From the NCBI GenBank assembly GCA_028023455.1, contig JAQFVV010000003.1, positions 3,472,001 through 3,536,000 of the forward strand: 64,000 nt of DNA. Direction: 5' to 3'. A program made the position numbers and the translations under genes. The notes beneath the pieces were generated by a model, which was not told the DNA's origin, did no database searches, and saw only the letters and a program-made list of their open reading frames with translations. Origin of the DNA: Epiperipatus broadwayi (lineage: Eukaryota > Animalia > Onychophora). Every line of letters starts with the position of its first letter. Within the stretch, counting starts at the first letter, position 1. Shown here one piece after another: positions 25,191 to 36,260 of this stretch.

Positions 25191-26559
25191 TAAATTTAAT
25201 CTTCCAACAATCTTTATTGTCTTTATTTAATTCTAACTTTTTTTTCTTCTGTGTGACATTTTTTTCTTAATATTTTACTTGTAACATCTACAATGGACAG
25301 CAGCAATATATAACTATGTTGGTTTTGGGTGATCAAAGTTATGTCAATAACAAAACATAATTTCAAAAACAACAAAGAAAGGAAGTCACAAACTCCTAAC
25401 ATATACTATGCTTATATTTTTATAAATAGTCAGGTCCCATTTACACAATTTCCAGAAATCATCATCAATATGATGACATTAGTAATAATAATAACAACCT
25501 CCATAACAGATATAACATGTGATATCTTCAAATGTTTTTCAATTAATATTATTCAAGTTTCTGTAAAGGCCAATTTATTATAAATTCAGAAAGGAGAATA
25601 TTTTTAGTAACATTTCCCATGAATCCTTAGAGAATCTCAATCTGTCATAATGAACTAAACAACCAACATAGTATAATAATGTATTATTATAAAGAAGAAT
25701 GGTAATCATTAAAAAATATTTATAAAGTATGCATGATTAATCAAAAAGTCTCAATTTCAAAAAGCAAAAAAAGTGTAAAATGTGAAAAAAAATATTTAAA
25801 AAAAATGGAATTACAAAATACAACTAGCCAAAAAAAAAATTAAATAAAAACAGAATCCAGAATTGCATATTAACAATATCACTAAGACTATTTCCCACCT
25901 ACTCTAGAAACATCTACTACAAGCTTTAGTAATCAATAAATTCCAGATGATAAAATGCAAATCTTCTCTCCGAATCAATTTCTTGCTTTGACCTTTATCA
26001 GTAAAAACTAAAATTCATACATTTAGTTGCCTTTTTTTTTTTTTTACTTAATTTATACTATTTAAGACAATAGTTTAAAATATTCTAAGAAGTTGAATCC
26101 AAGCTTACTCACATTGTTATATAGTCTGCCACCAGCTCAGTTTCTATATGTTTTAGATATGTTAATTTTATAAAAACTATAAGCCCCTTCTATTTTTTTG
26201 TTAGGAAAGTTAATAGAACAAATATCACATAACTTTCTCACAACTATAGAACAATGGAATGCAACCTTTTTACATTTGTGACCAATGACTCATTACACAT
26301 TGTTACCATTCTATTGTAAGGAAATAAGGATAGTAATAATAAAATTCGTTTTACCACATACAAATATATATATATATCTTTATATTATATTTCAATACAC
26401 ATGGTTTAACATCTTTGAAAAAAAACTGCATATTAACAAAAAAATGTATAATAATATTTGGTTCTTAGTAGATCTGTTTATTTGTAACAATTACAACTTT
26501 TTTAGCCTGTTTTAGAAAATGTGTACATTCAAAAATGTAGTAATACATATCAACACTAG

Positions 26560-26875
26560 AATAGTAGCATGAAGAACAAAACTCTGAGAGTGAACAAAAG
26601 AAATTAGATCAATATAAACGAAGTGCCATAATGATGTGCTGTTTATACAAAGTACACTGGAATATAAAGAAGAAAGTGTTTAAACACAAAAGTGATCAGA
26701 CACACAATAATGAGTTGAGCAGTTTTCATGTATTTTTTTAAAATGTTTAGGTTTTTGTTTTTTCAATTAAAAATTTATTATCCAACATGAGAATTTCTTA
26801 AAATTTTCACAAATCCTAACAATTTTTCTGTGATTTCTTGAGGGATCGTGATCTACAAGTTACGCACTGCTACTC
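26560..26875 (+). mobile_element. Possible 3' end of a hAT (Charlie/Buster-like) element
   Basis: CLYKVHWNIKKKVFKHKSDQTHN resembles the C-terminal tail of Charlie-type transposases; ends in a cactgct.ctaga hAT-like terminus. Confidence 0.35.
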
Positions 26876-26885
26876 TAGAACCATC

Positions 26886-27228
26886 TATTGTAAGTTTGAG
26901 TAATTAAGAGAAACCAAATAGTATAGTATGGTAAAATTGTTTTTATCAAGATAGAATGGCATTCAATTGTCATAAAACTGAGGTCTCTTAAAATATGTAG
27001 ATCTATAAATTATGCAAATATCTTAGGTTCAACATCTAAAGGTTTTCTGAATTTTAAGATATTAGTTTGAATAGTATAAAAAACCAGAACCTAATGTGGA
27101 AATAAGAATTTTATAGAACCATAACTATTCTTGAAATTCATAATATAAAAATATGTTATGATAGGTGGAAATAAGAATTTTACATCACCATAATTACTGG
27201 TGGTAATCGACTATTCAAACTTACAATA
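26886..27228. mobile_element. Small MITE-like element with 14-bp TIR
   Basis: tattgtaagtttga (26886-26899) and its reverse complement tcaaacttacaata (27215-27228); internal duplication gtggaaataagaatttta. Confidence 0.4.
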
Positions 27229-27285
27229 AGATAAAAATAACTGCCCTTGAAATTCCTAATAATGTAAAAAGGTGCTTGTCTTATA

Positions 27286-28508
27286 GCTAAAGATCCCGTT
27301 GGATGGTGCCGTTTTCACGCTAAAACTATAAAATATGAACATTCACGGGCCGTTGATTTTAATAATTTTTCTGTGCTTTTTTGTAATGCGAAAATAAAAA
27401 CAAAACAAAATTGTCTTTTTTAAATATTATTTTTTATTAACGCATACAATTTAAATGATAATAATAAATGTAAAATAAAATCAACAAATTACTATTTGAT
27501 TCGTGTTTTTTATATCGTATACTTTTTAAATTGTGTTACGGCTTTTTTTTATCAATTTTCTATCAGATATTTTTTTACTTGTGTTACGGCTTTTTTTTTA
27601 TCAATTTTCTATCGGATATTTTTTTACTTGTGTTACGACTTTTTTTGTTGTTGTTTAACTAAAAAATAATAATTGTAATAAAAGTAAAAGTTGTTACGGT
27701 TAGATTTAGGGTTAGTTTTAGGGTTTTTTTAAATTGTGTTACGGCTTTTTTTTTATCAATTTTCTATGGGATATTTTTTTACTTGTGTTACGACTTTTTT
27801 TGTTGTTGTTTAACTAAAAAATAATAATCGTAATAAAAGTAAAAGTTGTTACGGTTAGATTTAGGGTTAGTTTTAGAGTTAGGGTTAGTGTTCTGTTGTT
27901 TGTAATGCTAAAATAAAAAAATTCAAAATCGTAACCGTACTCGGACAAAAGAAAGAAACACAAACTTTTTTAAACAACAACAAACACATACAAATGTCTT
28001 CTTTACTTATTAAACATGTTTATAATATTTGCTTTTTATGAAATTTACAAAAAAAAACTGTATATTTTGACTTTTCTTGCTGGATATTTTTTTCGTACCG
28101 CTCTTTTTTACTTCAAAAATATCTTCTTTGTCTCATGGAATATTACTAACAGTACGTTACTTGACACGTTACCTAATTGCAACTCAATGATAACATAGAT
28201 ATTTAACATTTTCCCAAATAAAAGTTCAATACAGTACGTTGTAAAAAGTGAAAACAACATTTCAATACAATTCAAATACAAACACTCTCATCAAGCCGTA
28301 ATTATTTTATAAATTGTGCGAATTCGGAAAATGTATTTGCTGCTATGCGACATACATGCTGTACTGTGATGCGACGTAGCGGCCTGCATTCTGTAGCACA
28401 ACAAAAAAGTTGTATTATAGAAAACGCGGGTTCGAATGTGTTGGCCACGGAAACAGCATTTTTATGTGTTTTGGCATGAAAACCGCACCATAGAGCGGCA
28501 TCTTTAGC
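27286..28508. mobile_element. Non-autonomous TIR DNA transposon, TA-flanked, with internal minisatellite and TTAGGG-like motifs
   Basis: Imperfect ~41-bp TIR: gctaaagatcccgttggatggtgccgttttcacgctaaaac versus the reverse complement of gttttggcatgaaaaccgcaccatagagcggcatctttagc. TA on both sides. Internal ~48-bp and ~155-bp repeats. No transposase ORF. Confidence 0.85.
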
Positions 28509-30416
28509 TAAAAGATGAGTACCTGTAAAAATATATTATAGATAGGTGTGACAATAAAATAAATCAGGGATAGCCAACTATGACATTTAAGCATAGTTTC
28601 AGTATTTCTTGATTAACTATGAACAGAAATGTAATTAAAATAAAATGCAAACAGACTATGAAAAGGTAGTGTCTGTATGAATATATAAGCAATAAAAATC
28701 ACTGTACTAATTACATATGTATAAGTCAAATTTTGTTTAAAAGAAATCACTGCTTTATGTGAAAGAGATTTAAAATCTAAAAGCAAATACAAAATAATAT
28801 TAAAAAATATATATAACAAAAATATTTTACCAGCAAAACAAAATACTGTTAATTTAAAATATCTACCAAAGCATTAAAAAAAACCCACTGTAACATTAGT
28901 TAAATCTTACATGTTCATGACTAGTGATTATTGAATATATCTCCTCTTATACTTAAATTCTTTATATAAGCTTTCACTTTTCTTGGGTAATAATTATTAT
29001 AAAGAGAGATTGAATCTTTTTTATATCATTATTCTATCTTTATCTTCCTTGTTTATTTTTTTTTATATTTTATTATCTATCTATATTGAGCAGCAGCAAT
29101 ATATAGAGAAGGATCATTTCACACTATTTCTGCACACTATATTGAAAATATTACTTGAAAGATATTCACAATCTACCTACTAAATTAAATCCAAACCTAC
29201 ATATCAGTTCAGAATATACACACATGTATTATTAATACTGTTTTTGCATTTATTTTGCATCAAAACATAATCTAAATAAAATCTATTTTGATCAATTACA
29301 TCTTTCTCTTGTGATTTTAAATCACATGTTATTATTGACATGCTATTTTCTATACAAACATTTAATATTTTATCTCTATCATTTTTAAACTATAACCCAT
29401 CTCGCTATTCATTGTATTATTCCAAACCTACCATTATGCAACTATAGTACTCTTTTTTAGTTAGGAAAAAAGAGAAAAGATTAAGAGATTATGTTCCAAG
29501 TAAATAAACATAGGACATTTGACATGCTTCTAGATACAAGTAACATAAAACTAAGATTAAAAAATATAGCTATTGACTTAGTATCAAATCTATATAACTG
29601 TATAAACAAGCTGACTTGGAATCAACATCTTAGGCTAGTCCTAAATTTCAGATGTTCCAAATGATTAATCAAGCTTACAAGAGATGACTCAGGAATACAG
29701 TGAAAAAACTCTACATCACATTACTGAAATGGGAATTTGGAGAAAAATAAAAAAAATAAATTGTAAGATTAGCACATATAAGTAGTGAAAAAAGAGCAAG
29801 TGAAAAAAAAATATTTTATTAGGAAAAATAAAAAATATTGTATTGGGACATACATATTTTGACAAAAGAATTACAAAAGGTATGTTGGAAAAGCCTATTG
29901 AGGAAGAAACAAAAGATTAAAAAAAAAAAGTAATTGACAAATAATCTAAATAATAATTATTATGGGTGTTTAAAAAAAAAAAAGTAGAAAAAGATAGATT
30001 AGAATAATCAAATAAATAAACACAGACTATATATATTAGAATGATCAGTTCATAATAATGGTGGGATTTTAATATATATATAGAAATTGAGGTGGGGATA
30101 AGTACAATTAAATCAGAATAACAGGGGATGGTATCAGTTATAATAATATTGTAATAATTTGTAAATAACTAATAATTGTTAGAGATTTTTATGATTAAAA
30201 AATACTAAATATATACAGGCGATTCAAAATCTCATTCAAATCAAAATTTATATTAAAGCGATATTTTAAAAGTGAATGTGCAAATAAAAACCAATATTTA
30301 TAAAAAATAAAATACTAAAATATTCTTTAGTTTAAAAACGCAATGTAATTATAAATTTAAATAGTAATATAATTTATTTCAAAGTTACTAAGCTTTACAT
30401 TTTATTTATTAGACAA

Positions 30417-31183
30417 ATCTTGTATAACCGATACACATGACCACACATATGTGAAAAATATAAATGATCTCCAATATACTACTTCATGTTAAACCAGCAC
30501 TCATCAATTCGTCCAGATGATCATCTCCCATATTGCATTAACAGGGGCTTTGAGTGTTCTATCTTCAGATTTTCAATGATATAGATGGCTGATAAGTTGG
30601 AGAGTGGAGAGAATTGAAGCATGTCCATTAAAGTTTGAAGGTTTGCTATCTTACTATAAACCAAGCACTGATTATATATGTGTGTGTGTGAGAGAGAGAG
30701 AAATGATGATCTAGACCAATTGACGCGTGCTGGTTCAGCATGAAGTATGTATATTGAGGATCATTTATCTTTTTCACGTGTGTAGTCATGTGCATCGGTT
30801 ATATAAGATGGAATGGATGATTGGAGTGAGTTTGAGAGTCTGTGTTCAAATCCCCTCTAATTACATATAAAGCTTAAATTGATACATTATACTTGTATTC
30901 AAATATTATGTATTTAGCCTGAATTCTGACCATCCCTCGTCTGTGTATTTAAATGGATTTATTAAGGTCCTACATATGAGAGTTCAAAGTGACTTGAATT
31001 AAACATGGATATGACAATATTTGGCATTAACAGGGGCTTTGAGTATTCCATTTTCAGACTTTTTAATAATATGGATAGCAGAAAAATCGGAGAATGGAGA
31101 GGATTGAAGCCTGTCCATTAAAGTTTGAAGATTTACTATATTAATATAAACTAAGCACTGATTATATATGAGTAGGAGATGAT
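30417..31183 (+). mobile_element. Retrozyme-like element: ~115-bp inverted head plus ~1.3 copies of a 489-bp monomer with a degenerate hammerhead
   Basis: gcattaacaggggctttgagt at 30535 and 31024 (period 489). 30417-30530 is the reverse complement of ~30695-30810. Hammerhead-like motif present in both orientations. Confidence 0.8.
30716..30757 (+). ncRNA. Degenerate minimal type I hammerhead ribozyme motif
   Basis: ccaa-TTGACGC-gtgctg(gtt)cagcat-GAAG-ta(tg)tat-A-ttga. The inverted copy (30471-30512, minus) reads cgaa-TTGATGA-gtgctg(gtt)taacat-GAAG-ta.gtat-A-ttgg. Consensus stems I, II and III all pair. Confidence 0.6.
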
Positions 31184-33232
31184 AGCGATTTTAGGATATA
31201 ATTACGTATTAGTATTTAAAGAAGTATATTTCAGCTCCTTTATATTTCCTAGGAATATAAAATTTATCAATTCTAGTACCACTGTGGTTAATGATTTAAT
31301 TAGAAATGTTTGTCAAAACATAGATTATCAAAATATAGTTTATAAGAAATGTTTTAGAGTTAATGAAGAAGTTTTAAGTATTCCTGATAAATAAAAATCC
31401 CATAATATTCTGTTCATTTATAAAAATGAGGGAATAAATAAGTTGAAAAAAAAAGTATTGTATTTTAGAATATATTTTGAATGATTGATGGATTTAAGAT
31501 TTTTTGTGATTTATAAATAATAACTAATATAAGAGTAATTTAGATTTGCTAATATAATTAAGTGTATTTAATTCAGATCTAATCATTATTCTGCAACCAA
31601 AAGTCCATTGATAATCAGTACTAATTTATAATACAAAGCATGATAGGAATGAAACATCATATACAATTGTTATTACTTTGTCATGCATACAGTTGTTTCA
31701 ATAATACTCAAGTATATATCACAATAACATAATTAGTAAAAATGTCAGAGGTAAAGAAAACAAAAAGTTGAAGGAAATAAATGTATAAAATAAGAATTTT
31801 ATAAACAAAATCTTATGTTCCAGATGTTGGAATTTATTTAGACATAATATTAACTTGCATTTATGTTTGATGATATTAATAACACTGATGTTGTTTAATT
31901 AATTCACTTTGCTTACTAAATACTGTAACAGAATAGGTCTTGGTCTTGCATGATACTAGATTTGGTAGGCCATCAGAGTGGATGAGAAAGCATATCTAGG
32001 ATTCCTAAATTTCTAGACTCATATCTATCCCAGATCTCATTCCTAGTAGATGATGTATTAGCACACAAACATACACCAAAAATCTACATGTATATTCATC
32101 TCTTTTCTCCATCCTTAACTTCCATTTATCCCAGAATTCAAGCTTAGAGAGAATAACCATAATATTCTATTTCAGGGTATATTCATATTACTATTTTTAT
32201 TGTGTGAGCATGTGATAAATTGATAATTGAATCAAGAAAAGTGCAAAGTCTTTAATTTGAAATCATATATTTAACAGATTTATTCACAATTATTACAATT
32301 TATTCAATGAGAAATTATAACAAAAGCAATTAATTTATTTAGATATCTACGACTATTCTTTGATCAATAAAATTGATATTTATTAATCCAATGCTTCTTT
32401 TCCCCTCAAAAATATCAATACTAACAAAAAAAATTAAAACTTGTTATTATTTATATATACTTGTTTGCTAATTTAGACTTTAGTAAAATCATAATTTATG
32501 TCCAACATATTTATTGATTAAATCATATTAACTATGTAGTGGTGGTCTGAGATACCTCCCTTCTATTATGATTTGTTTTTATAATGATAGAAAAGACCAT
32601 TCACGCTTAAAGTTTTTAATGATATATACTGAAAAAAAACCAACAAGTAAACAATAAAATGATTAGTATTGAAACAGTAAAATCTGTTATACATATTTTG
32701 CTTCACTGTCTGGTGATATTAGAAACCTTCAACTGGAGGTTCAAACTCATTTATATACTTATTAACCACTAGGGAATGCAAGCAGATATATACAAACGAT
32801 TAAATCCCCACCCCCTCTTTTGTTAATTAAGCATTATTTTGATTAAAGAATATTAGTTTTAATCCAGAAATATTTACATTTCCACCACTGTAAATAATTG
32901 TGTATGTATCACAGATAGCTAAAAATTGTAAATTATAATTACATTTTAATAAATATTTCATTTTTTTAAATTTTTATGTATTTATAATTTGTGCATTTTT
33001 ATTCCGCTGACATAATACCAGAGAAAGTTCTAGAAAGTAATTAACATAACTTAGATTTGTAAACAAAAGAATGTACCTTGTTCAATTTAAAAATGTCATT
33101 AGTAAAGTAGATTTATTTTAGAAATCCTACGTTAATGGAAAATATATCTCATGAATCTATTGTCAAACTTGAAATAGATTGAAACAATAATCTCTAGAAC
33201 TTATCTCGTTGTCATCTTTAAAATGTAACTGT

Positions 33233-35898
33233 TAACAAAGGATAAGTGCAGTCAGGCCAGTTAATGCACATCCAAGCCATGCCAGTGGCAAGGTAATAGA
33301 AGTTTCTAGAATGTTTTGGTGGCATATAAATACAGCCCAAATTCTATGCTAGACACTCTTTGCTTTTATTTCAGTAGGTGTTGCAGAATGAACCTACGTC
33401 ACTCAAATTTTTAAAATATGACTTCCGAGTAGTGGGGAAAAATTGCTTTCTCGATCTTTTCAAGATCATCTCCATACCGCTATGCCATCGCCACTTAAAG
33501 ACTGTCCTAATTAAATGTTAATTTAACTCTCCAGAAGATGCCAACCATTATTTCTCCAAAAATCTGCATTGCCAACCATGTTTTTCCAAGTTATTTTTCC
33601 ATGTGCGTATCAACCCATACATCCATCAAGTTGTCAAATAACAGAAGGTAATCCTGTCTCTGCCACTAATATAAACTCTTAAAACTCCCATTTATGTAAT
33701 TTGTAATTTATTTAAAATATAATGTAACTCTCTGTCTATTTAATAATTGGTAATGTAGTACCGATTATCATAAATCTCATAAATTAATGACTTTCTCTTT
33801 TTTGCTGTAAAATATAATGCACGAATCTACGAATTTACTCTTTTTTATTCACTATTTCTATCTTATTTGGGTTTCACTATTTCTATCTTATTTAAATGCG
33901 GCAAACTTTTAATTTTATTTTATGTTTGATTATATTTGATTTAATATGCTAATTAGCGAACCAATCTTATTTTAATTCTTCATCCCACCATTATAGGATT
34001 TTAAATACTTAAATGTAAGTTTTCTTACCAAAGCTCAAAGTTCACTCGATTGAATAATGTTATTAAATTGTTTTATGTGTTTAATGGCAGCTTATATGCA
34101 GTCATGTTTAAGATATCAATTTATTACTATCTTAACACTATTGATTTAGTGAATTTTAATATTATGTAATGTAAAGCTTAATGACCTTACCTTTTCTTAT
34201 AATCAATCATTTGCAGCTCATGCCATCCAGCATGATAACTTTATTATGTAATTTTCTACTTGTTAAGCATACTAACATTAATGAAGGGAATTACATATTC
34301 CCTCTTTTCTAGTTCTTTCTAATTAATATTTAAGGTCAATTGTGGACCTTTGAGAATGGGTTAATTTTTGTCATGTCATTACGCTAGATTTCATTAATTA
34401 CGAGGACCTTAGTTAACCTGTCAGAGTCATTATGGACCTGATTTCTATTAGCATTGCTTACCCTTGATAATGTTATAAAATTCGTATATCTTGCTTTGTC
34501 AAACTAATACCTGGAGGTACCAGATCATTTCTTAAGGCATATCCCTAAATGGAGTTTGGAAGCACCGACTCCCAGAGACTGTCAGGTTGTAGTTAGGCTC
34601 TGCATGGGATAACAACGGAAATCCCGCACCATGGAATCCCTAACAACCGTTTCTTTAGATACCGTCTTGTCACAAGTGCAGGCAAGAGTCTCACGCTCAT
34701 AAATTTGATAAAGCTTCTTATTCTAAATTGGACAATCTTTCTGGCGTTATCACGTACGTCAGCACCATAATTATTAATTAATATTTTATATTGCCCACTA
34801 TTAATCCATAAGTTGTAATGCTGTGATTTTGTAAACCATCATATTCAATCCGTATATCATTTTCTCGGTTAGAAATGTCATGTTAAAGCTTATTTAAGCT
34901 ATCCATCCTCTCATTAAATGATCTTTAAATACACTAATCAATAATTTTCAGTAAATTCTGTCAAATCAGAATTATTTAAAAAAACATGCAAATAACCATT
35001 TTCTTTTAAATGATTGATGAAATACCATTAATGACTGAATAAACTCTGTAATTTATAATATGTTTAATATAGGAAATAAATCGTAATAAATGGAATTATG
35101 TAAATCAAATTCCATTTATCTGTATTCATTAAGGTCATTTATTTTCTATTGAATAAATCATAGCATTCAAACTATAAAATCATTGTAAATTTGATAACTC
35201 CCCCCATTAACATATTAAGCCACATCATCTTGATTATTTATTGACTTTTATTCATCTATGTCATGTTCTTTAATCATTAATCTATGTTCTAATATGTAAT
35301 CTTTAGAATATGCAAATCACTACCAATGATCACGTGGAACCCAGATACTATCAATTATGATGTGTAAATAGATTTACCAATGTATTTATTTTAACTTATA
35401 TAATCCATATTTGTTTACCCAAATTCTAACAAATTATTATAAATAAATTAGTAACATTTAATAAATTATTCTTGGGTTATTCTTTGTTTCACATTTTATG
35501 CGTACACATTGTTAATTAGATTGTGTAATATATGACCTAAATTCCATTGATTTTAAGCTAGTCTTTTACATTTGTTAATGATTATTAGCGAAATAGTAAT
35601 ATAGTTAGAAGATAGCACATACTATTCGGGTTCAAAGTCATGTAGCATCAATATTTCCCTGTAGATCTCGTTTCTCCGCTGTATCTCCGGGACTGGAATC
35701 AATAAATTTCATCTGTTATCATCAGAAAGTTGTTCATAGTGTTATAGTTTTAGAGAAAGGTAAACAAGACAGAATTCATGATTGCTCCTGAGCTGTGTAT
35801 CTTGGGCATGAATAGATTTAAGGTACTTTTGCCTAGCTTCTGAATCTTGTTAGATGAACATACAATTCTGACCGGCACAATATCAACAAACAAACAAC
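33233..35898. mobile_element. Unclassified ~2.7-kb insertion with 11-bp flanking direct repeat, possibly PLE-derived (minus strand)
   Basis: aatgtaactgt at 33222-33232 and 35899-35909; caacaaacaaacaac at the right end. Minus-strand remnants resemble a PLE endonuclease tail (ARQKYLKSIH...VYLSL*) followed by CTGATGA, and a PLE N-terminus (YGADVRDNARK; CL-frameshift-NDLVPPGISL). No RT seen. Confidence 0.4.
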
Positions 35899-36039
35899 AA
35901 TGTAACTGTACAAATGTTGGTATTTAATGCTGGAAAATATAAAGACTTACTTCTAGCCCTATATTTTATTTCAATAAAAAATTAAGCTAATAATATTTTC
36001 CTCCTTTCTAGCATATCAAGAATTTATATCCCATCAACC

Positions 36040-36260
36040 TATGGTAAAAGAAAGATATAAACAACATAGATACATAAAATTAATCATATGTCAACCTAAG
36101 ATAATTCAAGAATGCATAACGGAAAATGTCCTAAAAGAATTGTGTGTCCTTATTGCTACAGTTCATGATCCAATTGGTTGGGATGAGTGTTCTAGAACAT
36201 GCATGATGGTGATCAGAAATTCTCTCTTCCATGTAACATGCCTTAAGTTGTTCAGTTGCA
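36040..36260 (+). mobile_element. LINE ORF1 (gag-like) zinc-knuckle fragment
   Basis: Frame-hopping translation gives H.GKCPKRIVCPYCYSS...ECSRTC...DQKFS...TC, consistent with tandem CCHC knuckles of Jockey/I-group ORF1. Confidence 0.4.

Noticed and set aside
27700-27890. Telomeric or interstitial telomere array
   Set aside because: Only a few imperfect TTAGGG-like words, embedded in a TIR element's internal repeat.
27225-28523. Host exon interrupted by the TIR element (acceptor at 28523, donor at ~27225, minus strand)
   Set aside because: The rejoined 73 nt has one open frame, but the GTAAGT donor lies within the TIR of the adjacent small MITE, so the match is probably coincidental.
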